Of a DNA stretch of 64,000 nucleotides, positions 13,106-27,120 are shown piece after piece. Both the position numbers and the translations under genes were made by a program. Origin of the DNA: Gracilinanus agilis (lineage: Eukaryota); assembly GCF_016433145.1 (NCBI RefSeq), contig NC_058132.1, positions 669,492,293 to 669,556,292 on the forward strand, read 5' to 3'. Under the pieces are notes generated by a model. It was not told the origin of the DNA and did no database searches. It saw only the letters and a list, made by a program, of their open reading frames with translations. Every line of letters begins with the position of its first letter. The stretch's first letter is position 1.

Positions 13106-13192
13106 GGGAAAGACCATTTATCTGTGAATTATGTGGAAATTCCTATACTGATATAAAAAATTTAAAGAAGCACAAAACAAAAGTCCATTCTG
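13106..13192 (+). CDS. MYNN: Myoneurin coding exon 6 (ZF8)
   Basis: 87-nt exon absent from the ORF track: GERPFICELCGNSYTDIKNLKKHKTKVHS, flanked by ccag| and |GTAAGT. Confidence 0.95.
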
Positions 13193-13931
13193 GTAAGTGC
13201 TTAATGCCATACTAATGTTTCTGTCTAAAAGAAATAATTACATTATCTTGTAGGTCTGCTCCCACCTTGATGACTTGAAATTTCTGAAGAAGATAAACAA
13301 AAGAGTTGGGACTTAATGGAGAAGTCGGTGCACTTCGGGTAGAATTGGGAGGATTGACAGAGACAGCATTTCTGTTCTCAGTGCCTCCTGTTGGGGGGAG
13401 GCTGACCTTTGGCTCTCTGTGAGCCAGCAGGACCCAGGTGGGCTGTGGTTTGGCCTGGAGAGACTTCAAGTCTAGTGCCAGAGGCTGCTGGGCTGCTGGG
13501 GCCCTCCTCTGTGTGTGGCAGCAGCAGGGAAGGATCATGCAAGATTGCAGAGTTGAGCTCCTACCTCTCACAGGCCCTACTAAAATACCCAGCCAAGGGC
13601 TGCCCACATTAGCTTGGCTAATGGAGAGAGACTTCCTGCCTCTGATAGCTTGTTCCACTGTTAATATGTCTCTCATTTAAAAAAAAAATCTTTTTTCAAT
13701 TAAGATTTATCCTTTCTCTTCTTTACAATAATATTCTTGTAACAGATATGCATAATAAAATAAAATAAATCCCTAAATTGGCCATGTCCAAAAATGTATG
13801 TTTCATTCTTGGATGTCTTTAGTTTTTAAGTCAAACCTAAATTAGAAGAAAGAAGGAATATGAGAAGCTAAAGTATATTTGAGGGACCTCTAACCTGACC
13901 TTTTTATTTATTTTTTTATTTTGTTAAAAAA

Positions 13932-14132
13932 TTTTTTTAAACTCTTGCCTTCTGCCTTAGAATCAATTTTATGTATTGATTCTAAGGCAGAATAGTGGTA
14001 AAGGCTGGGCAATGGGGGTTAAGTGATTTGCCCAGGGTCACACAGCTAGGAAGTATCTGAGGCCAGATTTAAACCTAGTACCTCCCATCTCTAGGCTTGG
14101 CTCTCAATCCACTGAGCCACCCAGCTGCCCCC
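13932..14132 (-). mobile_element. SINE1_Mdo-type
   Basis: Typical body ending CCAGCTGCCCC. Confidence 0.88.
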
Positions 14133-16159
14133 TTTTTATTTTTCAAAATAAATTTTTGTCTCTTCTTTTTATATCTCCTACAGGTTTTACTGTATTCTTC
14201 TTCAGTCCTTCCCAAAAAAGCTATCCCTTATAAAATGTTGTTTTTTTAAAGAGGGAGAAAAAATGTTTGTAAAACTCTCCAACATTTTTTAAAAGTCTAA
14301 GATCATATGTAGTATTTTCTACTCATGGCTCTCTAGCTTTGAGATATACCTTTTCATATGCTTCTTTTGACATTTTTTTGACATTTCCCAGCATTTGGTT
14401 TAGATTGTTGTTTTTTTCCCTATTGACATCATTATAGTTGTATATACTGTTTTCTGGGTTCCATTTGTTTATTTCACAGGTCTTTTCCTGCATCTCTGAA
14501 TTCATATGCTTGTCATTTCTTACAGCATTATAGAATTCCATTATATTTGTGGACTAGTCTATTTAGCTTTTTCCCCATCTATGTGCAGCCACTTCATTTC
14601 TGGTTACTTGCTACCACAACAATAGTGCCATAAATATTTTGGGGTGTTAGGGAATCATTCTTTTCACCACTGACCATGTACCCAGCAGCAAATCTCTGGT
14701 GCAAAAAGTATGGACTAAGATACATATATATCCGAATGAGAAACAGGAGAGGAAAAATGTGTCCAGGAGAACTGACCTCTTCCAGGTCATTTTAAGGCCC
14801 TTCATGCCTGAAATTGGAAGTTTCCATAGCAAATGTATTCTCTGTTCAGGACTCTGGGTCTCCTCACTGTCCTCAGAAATGGCTTTAAACAGAGGTTGGA
14901 AGAGAAGCTGTAGTAGGCACCAGAGGGACGTAATGGAGGAGACAGTTTTAGGGGATTGATTGTCACGGTATCTAAAGCAGGGCAGGAATGCACAAGCTTA
15001 GAAAGGGAACAGCATTTATTAAGCACCTGCTCTATGTCAGGCACTGAGCTAAGTGCTTTGTAATTATCTCAGTTGATCCTCAACAACTTTGGGAGGCAGG
15101 GGCTATTATGATCTCCATTTTATAGATAGGGAAACTCAGACAGAGGTGAAATGACTTGTCTAGGACTACACAGCTAGGATAGGTCTGAGGCTGGATTTGA
15201 ACTTGGGTCTTCCTGATTCCCAAGTCGAACTCTCTATCCCTCATTGTTTCCCTTCCTCCCTCCCTCTTGCTACATTTCAAATAAAAGAAGTGATGGCTAA
15301 TTATGCCACTTGGATGTCTTCTGCATAGAGATCATTGATAGGCATAATAGAGATATAATAAATCTAATTGAATCCTTGATGAAATCAACAAGGAGAATGG
15401 AAAGAAGGGGGCTTATTGTCGGCTCCTGTGATACAGAAATGTAGAGGATGATCCAGCAAAACGATGTACAGATGGAAGCAAGGAAGGTAGTGGATGAACA
15501 TGGCCCTCTAAAAATAGTACCTGGGATCCTAAAGCACAGAACAGCAGACAATGGGTAGGAGAGGTGAGGAGGCCCAGCAAAGGTGGTGGGCTTTTTGTTT
15601 TTGTTTTTTAAATAGTAGTCATTGAGAGGCTTATCACATCACACACAGGGCTGGGCTTGGGGTAAAAGGGACAGTAACTGACCAGTTCCAGATTGGATTC
15701 TGTTCTTTCGATCAAGAAGAATGATCTTCGGAATGGACAGAATAGAACAGAACAGAACTGACCAATAGAGATTTTTTGTTTTTTAGAGGTGGAGGGGGGG
15801 AGTATGGATCTGTAATTTCACAGGTGTAGGAAATTCCTAAGAAATCTCTGTCAATGAGTAGCAACAACTGTCCTGCAGCTTAGAATGTTAAAGAGTTACT
15901 TTGGGGTAGGACATGTAACTTGCCTAGGGTCACATAGCTGGGATGTGTTAATGGTGGCATTTGATCCCAGGCTCTCTTGATTCTAGATCCAACTATTCAC
16001 TATGACACATTGCTTCTCAGGGGTGGTGATCACAAAAAGCCAGTTTTACTCCATCCAAAAGAGATCAAACAAACTCATCTCATTTCCTTTTTTTTGATAT
16101 CTAGAATGTTGTAAATATATTTTACCTAGATTTTAGCAAACTGATTTAAATTCAAGTAT

Positions 16160-16760
16160 TTCATCTCATTGAAAGGATGCAAAGTTGTGGGCTAGGTGAT
16201 AACAAAATAAGGAGGATTTAGAACTGGTTGAATAGCTAGACTTTAGGAGTTAGTCATTAGGATGAATTTAGAATGAAATCTCCAGTGAAGTGTCCCAGGG
16301 ATTAGTGCTTCATCTTCTCTTGTTTAATATTTTCACCAGTGACTTAGATGTTGATTAGATGCTATAAGATTTGCAGATGTCAGATTTAAGATGATCCTCA
16401 AAGAGCATAATAGTCTAGAACTTTTGGATAAATCTAATACAAAGAAATGTAATAGGAATTAATGTATAGACTTACAGTTCACTTAAAATAAATTCACAAT
16501 TTATTTTGTGTATGGGATGTGGAATATGTATGTAGGCAAACGTATATGAAAAGTGATTTGGGGGTTTTGGTGGACCTTAAGATCAGTATAAATCAACAGG
16601 GTGATATGGCATCCAAGCCAATCAATCAAAAGCTTATTTGAACTGAATCTGCTTTGATCGAGGAATATTGTCCAGGACTAGGAGGGTGCTGGTCAGACCT
16701 CATCTAGAATATTGTGTTTTATTTTGGATATTACATTTCAAGAAGGCCGTTGATAGGCTT
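16160..16760 (+). mobile_element. Old CR1/L3 LINE RT fragment
   Basis: Decayed GVPQG-like (AAGTGTCCCAGGGA), LFNIF and FAD (TTTGCAGATG) coding motifs. Confidence 0.6.
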
Positions 16761-17029
16761 AACCTAAATTTGGAGGGTTTTATTACCTGTAGTCTGGTTG
16801 CTTGTCGATTATTTTGCTACGGAAAGCCATGTAACAACAACAAAAAAATACAAATGACCCACATTCTTTTGTGATCCTCTTCTTATTCTGAAGCTGTAAT
16901 GGCAGAGTGCTAGGAAAAGGGGAGAAAGGGTAATAATAAGAATGATTTAGTTTTTAGATGTGTTCTGTGAGCATTAATTAGCTGTTGATACTAGTGTGAG
17001 ATCCTTGTCTTTTGAGAGGTGCATAGACA

Positions 17030-17200
17030 TACTACTTGGGAGTGTGTGTGTTCATGGAGGACTAGCACCTCTGGCGTGAGGGTTTGCTGAGCCCTTTCCA
17101 TCTGGCACTCAACTTTTACCTGTGGCTCCAAGAAGCTATAGCACATGCAGCACCCTCACTCTGGTAAACCACTGGGCAGATGGGCTAAACTAGGTCGAGA
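17030..17200 (+). mobile_element. Marsupial RTE-family fragment
   Basis: TTCATGGAGGACTAGCACCTCTGG...GGCAGATGGGCTAAAC resembles recalled marsupial RTE sequence. Confidence 0.5.
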
Positions 17201-17782
17201 GTCCTTGTTTTGACGTCTTTTACTTCTCTTTGTTGAGGTTCTTCACGGGCTATATTATATGTAGCATCCTACTCATACCTACCAGGTGCTTCTCCATAGC
17301 CCTTGGTGAGGTGGCTGTTCAAAAAGCCCAGATTTTTATTGATATCTTTTTATGTCATCCATCTTTCCCAATTTTATTCTTTTAATTTCTCTCCTCTTTC
17401 CTTAGTCATCCCTTATAACAAAGAATAAGAAGGGGAAAATAGTTCTTGTAGAGTTAACCCACATATTGAAAAAGACTAACAAGTCAGCAAGAATTTATTA
17501 AATACTATATTCTACACAACACAGATCTAAAGAAAAGGCAGAAAAATCTAGTCCCTGTTCTCAAGGAGCTCCCAATCTAATGGTAGAGACAACATGCAAG
17601 TAACTATGTACAAAGCAAGAGAGAGACAGGACAAACAGGAGATCATCTCAGAAGGAGGCCACTAATAGCATTATGGGGTTCGGAAATATCTTCTTGCTGA
17701 AGCCTGAGATCTGAGGAAAGTCAGGAAATGGAGATGAGGGAGAGAATTCCTAGGCATGGGGAACATGATTATGCCCAGACAA

Positions 17783-18193
17783 GGGGCAATATCTCAGTGG
17801 ATTGAGAGCCAGACCTAGAGACAGGAGGTCTTGGGTTCAAGTCTGATCTTGCATAGTCCCTATGTGGCCCTGGGCAAGTCATTTAACTCTCACTGCTACG
17901 CCAGGGGTCGGAAACGTATGGCTTTTGAGCCATATCTGGCTCTTTTGAGGGCCAGATCTGGCTCTTTCTGCAGGGGCCATAAAGTCCATTTTTTTTCAGG
18001 CGCTGTTACAGGAGCGGCAATGTGAGCGCTGTACGGCTCTCACGAAATTACATTTTAAAAAATGTGGCGTTTATGGCTCTCACGGCCAAAAAGGTTGCCA
18101 ACCTCTGTCCTACGCTCTACTTCTCTTCTGCCTTGGAACCAATACATAGTATTGATTCTAAGATAGAAGGAAGGGGTTTAAAAAAAAAAAAAC
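17783..18193 (+). mobile_element. SINE1_Mdo-type SINE split by a hAT MITE
   Basis: 5' half 17783-17901 and 3' half 18108-18193 with A-tail. Confidence 0.88.
17902..18107 (-). mobile_element. 206-bp non-autonomous hAT (Charlie-type) MITE, copy A
   Basis: TIRs CAGGGGTCGGAAAC / GTTGCCAACCTCTG; 8-bp TSD TGCTACGC/TCCTACGC. Confidence 0.9.
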
Positions 18194-20349
18194 CACAATT
18201 ATGAAATGGAGTTTTCTTTCGTGGGAAATGGCAAGGTGGCTAGTGGTACTGGATCCCAGCATATATAAAGGGGAGGTAAGATATAATAAAACTGGAAAAG
18301 TAGGAAGGGGCCAGGATAGGAAGCTTTAAAAGCCAAGCAAAGAATTCTGTATTTGATCTTGGAAGTAATAAGGCCCAGGTTTACTGAATGTGGGGGTAGT
18401 GGTTGTAACATGGTCAGAGCTGAGCTTTGGGATGGATGTATTGGAGAGACAAGGAGAGTTAGAGCTGGACAGAGCTTTGAGAGTCACGTGGATGGAGATG
18501 ATAATGGCCTCCACAGGAGCTGATGAGATCAAGGGATGGAGGAGAGCAGAACGCCCAGGATAGCCTTGGAGGACTGCAAGAGAAGCTGTGTTCTATAGTG
18601 GGTCCAAGGGAGTTTTGCAAGTGCTCCTTGTTGTTTTACTTACTTTAGTGGCTTTTTCTACACGTGCTGTTGATGATCTGAAGAGTTTTCCTGGTTTTGT
18701 TTCTGTGTCAATTCATAAAAGTCTTCCCATGCTTGTCATATTCAAAATTTCTTGTAGAGCTATATATTCCATTGCTTCACTGTAACTTGTTTAGCTATTC
18801 CCTAATCAGTGATTTGTTTCCAGATCTTTGCTATTTCAAAGAATTCTGCTACAGATATTCTGGGGGTAGAACAGGTCTTTTTGTCATTGGCTTTTTGGGA
18901 GAAGTATGCTTAGTAGAATCTCTGGGTTAGAAGATACGGAGAACTGAATCCATTTTTGGGCAGAATTCTGAATTAGAGCAACTCTCAGATACACCAACAA
19001 TACATCGGTGTACCTTTCCTTCACATCCCCAGCACTAATTATTCTTGTTTGGTATAACACCCCAGAGTTTAGATGTGCATATCTCCCATTCTTAAGGATT
19101 TGGAGTATTCTTTTAATATGGTTGCTAATGGTGTGCAATTCTTTTCAGAAGTATTTGTATCTTTGGTCACTTATATATTAAGATGGCTTTGGGGCCTATA
19201 TATTTTTGTACAATCAACTATCAGAGATATTTGACATATTTTTCCCCAGTCATCTATTTCCTTTAACCTAGTTGCATATTGCTCATGAAAAAGCTTTTGT
19301 CTCCTGTAGAAATTTGTCATCATCTATATATACCACTCTACCCAGAGCTGTGAATGCACCTTATCTGATTATTTCCTAATTTTTTTTATAGCATGATGTT
19401 TAATATGCAAACCCATGATATTCCTTTTCAATTCTTTGAAGACTAGGTATGACAGAGTATAAATTTGTAAACATATTGGGAAAATAGGCAAGCTTCTGGG
19501 AAAGAATATTCACATTATATCAAACTTTCCTAACAATAACCATATGTGATAGGTTTAGGTGGGAAAATGGAGGCTTAGTGAAATCACTTGTCCATGGCCA
19601 CATGGCTGATAGCAGTAGGAAAGTCAGTTGAAGGAACTTGGCTGGAGAGAGATGCTATGATTGGTTTTGGACTGATTGTATTGTAGTGTCATCAAGGCAA
19701 GCAACTAGAAAAAATGTCAGGTATTCCAGGTACTAAGGCACAGCTGGATTGAGTGGTTAGTATTTAAGTGTCAGCATGAAGCTTGACGGCTAGGAGAGTT
19801 GAGCAGCCCCAGAGTGCCAGTGATTAAGATTTTGAAAGAAGGTCTTTAAGATTTCATGTATCTGTGGTCTCGTTCACAGCCCTCGATTCCAGGATATGTC
19901 CCAGCCCCCAGACTAGCACTGGAAACAAAATAGCTTGGCTGTAAAAATCCCTGTGGAGGCAAGACGTTCCTAATGCAGTAATAGCAACAAATAAACTGCA
20001 ATTATTCATTTCTTCATGGCTATATCTATATCTATCTATATATATGTACATATATATAAAATCTCATTTACATCATATCCTTGAGAGATAGTTTCTTTTA
20101 TTGACCCCTTTTTATAGATTAGGAAACTAGGGCCCAGGGAGATTGTGATTGGCCCTAATAGTCACACAGTTTGAATGTCTGAAGCAGGATTTGAATTCAA
20201 GTCTTCCCAAGACCCGGTGCTCTATTTGCTATACCACACTGCCCAGGAAAATAAGACAATCTCTGCTCCTAGTGGCCTAGTTTTTTCACTTAACCAAGTG
20301 TAATAATGAGCTGCCGTCACTGAGTCACCAAGAAGAGGATAATTTGCAA

Positions 20350-20815
20350 AGTGTTTTGTTGTTCAGTTATGTCCAACCCTTTGTGACCCCATTCAGGGTT
20401 TTCTTTTTTTTTTTTTTTTTTTCTTACCTTCTGTCTTAGAATGAATACTGTGTATTGGTTCCAAGGCAGAAGTGTAGTAAGGGCTAGGCAATGGGGTCAA
20501 GTGACTTGCTCAGGGTCACCTAGCTAGGAAGTGTCTGGGGCCTGATTTGAACCCAGGACCTCCTGTTTCTGGGCCTAGCTCTCAATCCACTGAGCCACCC
20601 AGCTGTCTCCTTGGGGTTTTCTTGGCAGAAATGCTGGAGAGATTTGCCATTTTTTTCTTCAGCTCATTTGACAAATGAGGAAACTGAGACAAAGAGGGTT
20701 AGATGACTTTGTCCAGGGCCACACAGCTAGTGTTTTAGGCCATATTTGAATGTAGGAACAAGAGTCTTTCTGACTTTAGGTCTGGTGCTTTATCCCCTGC
20801 TGCCACCTAGTTGCT
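20350..20815. mobile_element. MAR1-like marsupial SINE with a SINE1 (20404-20610, minus strand) inserted
   Basis: CCCTTTGTGACCCCATT..GGGTTTTCTT resumes after the SINE1 as GGGGTTTTCTTGGCAGA. Confidence 0.7.
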
Positions 20816-21372
20816 TAGAGACCTTATTAATGTTTGGATCCTTTAGACCATGAACTTGCTATTGTAGAAGCATTGCAGTGTGGCAAGAAAAGGATAATAG
20901 TCTCTGCCCTCAAAATGCTTAGAGTCTGGTAAAAAAAACAAACATAGTGAAATGCTAAGTAATGTTGATCCACATGTAAAAACAACATGCTAGGTGGTAC
21001 TAAAAGAGAAGCCATGAGGTCATGTTACAACAACATTGATAATAATCTAGCATTTAGAGATTGATTTAAGATTTGTGAGGTGCTTTACAAAGGTTATCTC
21101 ATTTGATCCTTAAAACCACTTTGGGAAGTGCTCCGATTATCCTCATTTATAAATAAGGAAGCTGAGGATAATAAGTGTCTGGGACTGGGTTTGCATTTAG
21201 CTTTTCCTAATTCCAAAGACGAAAAACACTTAGATTAAATGGGCACTTGGGGAGCGGGTCAGAGTGGGAGTTGAGGGAGATCAGCCTCTGGGAGCAGTTA
21301 ATAGAGCAGATGGGTTTACAGGTATTTGGTGTCTTTAAGCACATAAAGTTTATTTTTGTTTTTTCCTTTCAG

Positions 21373-21635
21373 GATCTGAAAAAACTCTAGATTCCAACAT
21401 GGGAGATAACACTTTTAATGAACAAGATTCCATGCAGAAAAGTCCTTTGTCAGAACCTTTAGATGTGAAACCTTCTGATATGACTTTACCATTAACTCTT
21501 CCCCTTGGAACGGAGAACCACCAGATGCTGTTGCCTGTAACAGATAATCAGTCTCCATCATCAGACACATTGTTGAGATCAACTGTAAATGGGTATTCAG
21601 AACCACAGTTTATTTTTTTGCAGCAGTTATATTGA
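21373..21635 (+). CDS. MYNN: Myoneurin last coding exon
   Basis: ttcag|GA then SEKTLDSNMGDNTFNEQDS...SEPQFIFLQQLY-TGA (stop 21633-21635). The seven exons sum to 1851 nt = 617 codons. Confidence 0.96.
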
Positions 21636-24610
21636 CTATGAGCAATATGGAATTAGCGAAATAGCTCTGGTAGTGAACATAGACCTCTCTGGCAAGGTGA
21701 ACATATTCATTAAATGTCATTTGGGTTGTGATCATTTTTCATTCAGCTAAGTAAAGGCACCTGATCCTGCGTCTTCACTGTGCAATGCTTGTTTTGTTTT
21801 GTTTTGTTTGCTTCAGAAGTTAAGAGTATAGGCATACCATTTTTGGAGAATGAGTCACAGCATAATGGCATTTTAGAATAGAGGGAAAAAACCATTTTCA
21901 TCAGAAGTTGTCCTGAAGACTACATTTCTGTATTTTTAGAACCCCTCCCCTTTAATTTCTTTGAAAGAATCGATCACTTCACTAAATGAAACACCACCTT
22001 CCTAATTTTCATTTTTTTCTATTATTTAAAAGGATAAAATGATGAGTTCTAGACTTCATCTAGAATTTAGAATTCATGTTTCTGGCCAGAAAAATCTAAA
22101 AATAAAATTAGAATTTTTTTTCCTCTAATGCTACTCATGCCAATTTGGGGCAAGCAATCCTTTAATAAAACATAAGGAAAAAGTATCATTAAGCATTGTA
22201 AAGCTCTATTCCACCCCCTTCCTCCAACACTACTTTTTCAATATTCTGTTTAAAAATAATCTTATCAATAGATGTTTAATGCCTTTATTATTGGATCAAA
22301 AAGCAGTTTCAAAATTTGACCTTCATTGATATAAGCTAAGGAAAAATTACTGAGTGCACTTTTGGTAAGGAAAGTATACAAGCTGAATTTATAGTGGCAG
22401 AATTTTTCAAAAGAAATATTAATTTTGTCTATTTTGTACCTATTATGTACACATCTTTAAAATTAAAATTAAATCCTGACAGTGAAAAAAAACCAAAAAC
22501 TAAGTTTAAAAAAATAGTTTTAAAACTGTAAGTTTGCAAACAACTGCTGAAACTTGGTCCCAGATCCCATCTATATAAAATACTAAGATGCCAGATTTCA
22601 ATATTAGAAGGAAAAATAGACTTTAAAAGCCTACTTTTTTAGAACTACAAAAATGTATCTTCACCAATATGGCTTCTTTTCTTTTTCAGTGTTCTCCTTT
22701 CATCTTCTCTAAACCATGACAATAAGTTGTTTTGGTAGTTTTACAAAAGTATTAACATGAATAGGCACAAGCAGAGATTATTTTCATATTTATTTGCCAC
22801 TAAATCACTCCTATCCTGATTCTCGTCACCAAAATGGCTTTTTGTGGTGTGTTGCTTTCTTTTTAAACCATTCTCTGCCGTTTGATTAATAGGATTTCAA
22901 GTTCCATGAAGGCAGTTTGTGTACTGCTGGTTAAATGCCCTGACTCGTCATTTCTGTCAAGCAAGCAATAGTCACAGGTTTTTCTTAAGCTACTTCTGTA
23001 ATAAATCTAATGTATTTTCTATTTATCTTGAATTCCCAATTATAGTCTTTTCTATTTGGTGGGCAGGTCGCGGTAAAACCTTGTGTGTACTATATCATAT
23101 TATATGGTATAGTAAATCTTTGTAACAGCTGGGAGAACATCACTGACCTCGCCACACCCTTCAATTAATGACCTGGGGGACTGAATAATGAGTTTAAAAT
23201 ATTATTTTTATTTGAGGGGAGGGCCCAAGTACCTTTATTGTAACAAATATGAGAGGCAGCATTTGAGTACAAAAGAAATTAGTGGACTAGAAACATAAAT
23301 TTTCGTTGATCAGACATTGATTACTATAAATTTCCTAAGTATATTTCAGAACAAAATGTAAAGTGACTACTAACCCATTCAGATTTAAATTGATCACGAC
23401 TTTAGTGGAGCATAAAGAAAATATAACAGCCAAATCCCATTCCTGTAAAATAACACCAAAGAGTGACAGGGATTTCTAAAATCATCATTAAGTCAAACAT
23501 CTCATTAAGAAATTGCTTGTTTTTAAACTGCTACTCTGCTGTCGTCACATTCTAGGTTATCTTCTTAGAGTAATAATGAGCCCTTATCAGGGGTCTTGGC
23601 ATGATGTAATATTGAGTTTTGTTCTGTGCTTCCCCCTGCCCCTCCCCCAAGTGCCGATTAGTTGCTCAGTTCAGTTATATCTTTTTGATCACATATCATT
23701 TGCTTTATAGTTTAATATTTTATTTTTATAAGTCATCCTAAATAATTAAACTACTGCCTGAGTCTGTTCTTACCTGCTTTCTCAAAGCAGCAATATAAAG
23801 AGAACATAAAATCCTGCACCTCCTTGGGAATGTTCTTTTACTAGTTGGATTTTTTTATGATATGCCTTTGTTTTTCTTGTTGCTGATGCTGTTTAGTACT
23901 TATATGATGCCAGCCTTAAAAGAAACTCTGTGTCACCCACATTGAAACGATTTTAAGTGTCTTCTTTTATATCACTTTATGGGTTCTTTGGGCAACTGGC
24001 AATTCTAACTGAAAAGTCCATTGTAAAAGACATGACCCTGCAATTTAACAGATGGCCTGCTTTTTGTAGCTCAACCTACTTCAATCATTTATTGTTTTTT
24101 TCTAACCAAATCTATGTTTCAATTTGTGTACTCATTTAATAAGTTGTTTCTTGGCAGAATTTGTCTATCTCAAAGAAAACATTTTAACCCATGTGTCAGA
24201 TCTTACAGTTAAAGGTTATGGTAAGTTCATCTTTTAACTGTTAAACTAAATACATCTTCAATGTGCTATTGTGGGAAGAGATTACTTGTTCTTTTAAAAT
24301 GAATTTATTATTTACATTGAATTACTGAATTAATTCTGAAGAGCACACAGAGGTGGAATGTACTTTCTATGTGAATTTGTTTTGTACTTGTGATATTAGA
24401 TTATTTCTACTGTATTCTTAGATTTCCAACTAAAAAAGCTTAGATTTATATATCAGCCATTTTAGATGTTTGTAAATAGCATTTGTTGGTGTTCTTTATT
24501 TACAGATTATTTTTAATACTGATTTTAGAAAATTATTTTAAACCTTTTTCAGAGTCTGATATAGTTCTATTGCAGCAATAATTAAATAGTATATCCTACA
24601 AATATGCTGT
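21636..24610 (+). other. MYNN: Probable long MYNN 3'UTR
   Basis: AT-rich, with no recognisable repeat after the stop. AATAAA at 22101 and 22164, ATTAAA at 24581. The 3' end is uncertain. Confidence 0.55.
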
Positions 24611-25594
24611 TTGCAGAATTCATGGAAATGACTACACTTGATATACTTAACTGTTACATGAAATTAATGTCATATATACTGACTTTTTAAGCATTGTTCT
24701 TCCACATTTCTTGTCACTTAAGCAGTAAGAGATGTTTTCATGTAAACTTTGCACCTACTTCTAAGAGATTTTTACATGTTTCTGGATATTGACTAGAAAT
24801 ACGTTGTGGCAGAAAAGAACTGTCTTACATGATTTAAAAAAATAATTTTTAAACTTCACTAAAGTTTAATCACTGTAAGAGGTTATTTTTTTTCTACTTG
24901 AATAATTCTTCATATCCATTTTTATTTAGGAGAGTTAATTGAAAGAGTTTAGAAAATACCAGAAAAATTATGATATAGTCAAGACACTTTTCTAAAACTA
25001 GAGCAGTAGTGAAATTTTTTGTTAACTTAAAGAACAAAGGACATCTCATGACCAATTTTTCTAATAACCATCTGCTTTCGAATATCGGATAAATATGAAT
25101 TCATACACTATTGCCTATAGTGTCATTCCTTTGAATATAACACCTGGTGAATTTCTGGAATGATATATTTTTTTACTTCTACCTGACAGCTTTTGATCCC
25201 AAGGTAGGGCACAACATTTGATTTCTAATGGATGGTCGGAATTGGAACATAAGAACGTCATGAGAATCATTTAATAACCACATGGTTCGCCACTCTGCGA
25301 TACGGCTGTTTTGTATTTAGCCACACAATCCAAAGTGAAGTGATCAACTTTAGGAAAGAAATTAGAGTGTGACTCTACTCCCTGAATCAGTCAGATTCTC
25401 TGAGGGAGCAGATAGTCCCACCTCCCTTTAAAATTTGGCTTTAAATACAGACCAACAGTTTCATTTTAAAAACTAACAATCTGAAAGATGAATGTTCACT
25501 GAATTTAGGGAAAAATACCTGGCAATTAGGCTGGGCCAGTGAGTGCCAACAGGGCTTTGAAAAAGGACCAAAGTGGTCGAGTTAATCTAGTCTT

Positions 25595-25793
25595 TTTTTT
25601 TTAAACCTTACCTTCTGTCTTAGAATTGTTACTGAGTATTAGTTACAAGGCAGAAGAGTGGTAAGGACTAGGCAGTCTGATTAAGTGATTTGTGCAGGGT
25701 CACATAGCTAGGAAATATCTGAGGCCAGATTTGAATCCAGGACTTCCTGTCTCCAGGCCTGGCTTTCAACTCACTGAGCCATTTAGCTGCTCT
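25595..25793 (-). mobile_element. SINE1_Mdo-type
   Basis: 16-bp TSD GAGTTAATCTAGTCTT / GAGTCAATCTAGTCTT. Confidence 0.9.
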
Positions 25794-27120
25794 GAGTCAA
25801 TCTAGTCTTAAGAGCAGTGAGTCCATGGAAAGAATTCTGTGGAAGAACAACTCGAGATGGATTAGAAGCAGAGATAATCGATTTGGTTTATCTGCCCTAT
25901 GGGAATTGAGTTCCCTCCCCCTAACAGATATAGCCTGTGACTTTGCGCTAATACAAAAGTTTCATAAGGTTGAAGAGTTGCAACTTATGCAATAATCATT
26001 TTCCTTTCTAAGTGCTGCATCATGGATAATGTGATCCAGTCCGGTGTCTGATTTTTTTGGAGATAGCTATATTTGATTCTATAAGTTAATGGAAATGATG
26101 CATTGAAGTCCCCATTGATCTAAAGTGAAGAGTGAAAAGTCTGTTTTATTATATGTGGGGTAAGAAAGAAGTCAGAGGAATATTGCATATCTTATATACT
26201 TTTTTTTTCAGAAACAAAAATGCTACCAACTTTACATAAATTATGGCTCCCACCTCAGCACTTACTAGCTTTGTAAGAACAAATCACTTAATTTTTCTGA
26301 GTTCTGTTTCTTATGGAAGGAGATGAGATGGTACTGTTTATTTCCTAGGCATATTATGAGGAAAATTGAGAAGGGTATTTAGTGTAATAAAAAGAGTTCT
26401 GAACTAAAAACCAGAGGACTTAAGCCTTGCCACTTAGGACTTGGGTGGCCTTAGAACAGTCACTGAATTTCTTTAGAACTCAGTTTCCTTGTCTGCAAAA
26501 CCAAGAGATTGGCCTGGATAACTCAGTCTCTTTCAGCACAAAAATCTATGATCCATTGTGTGCCATGGTACTTGGCAAACTTTAAAGCATAATAGGATGC
26601 TTTCTAGTAATACGAATTTTTGATATGATACATTATAATGAGGACATTTGCTTGTACTTATATCAAACTAAAATTTATAAAGCAATTTGTATATGTTATC
26701 GCATTTGTATCTCAGTAATCTTTGAAATTGATAGTTATCTCCATTTTGCATATGTGAAAACTGAGTCTTGAGTGGTTAATTCAGTTGTCCACGGTTAGTA
26801 AGTGCTAAAAGTGGGGTTTGAGCTCCAAGTTCATGTCAATTTATCATGACATATTTAGGTAAATTACATTTATGAAAAAGGACACCTGACTTTTTCTGGA
26901 AAATAGCATTATTTCTGTTACTATTGTTTATGGATTATTTAATTCTTATTGGTAAGTGTACCAATGTCTTTAACTTTATACTAAAATTCACTTCAGTATT
27001 GATACATATTTGGGCACATGGAAATTTCATGGTGTTTTATATGTATTTTTGTATTCTGAATTCAGTAATGCAGATGAATTTCTAATCTACTTTTTATTCC
27101 ATTATGTAATTTAAAAAATG

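Noticed and set aside
13212-13676. 154-aa minus-strand ORF / possible alternative MYNN last exon at 13254
   Set aside because: No homology recognised, and part resembles a CR1/L3 3' end. Splicing at 13254 gives a stop after five codons with no further support.
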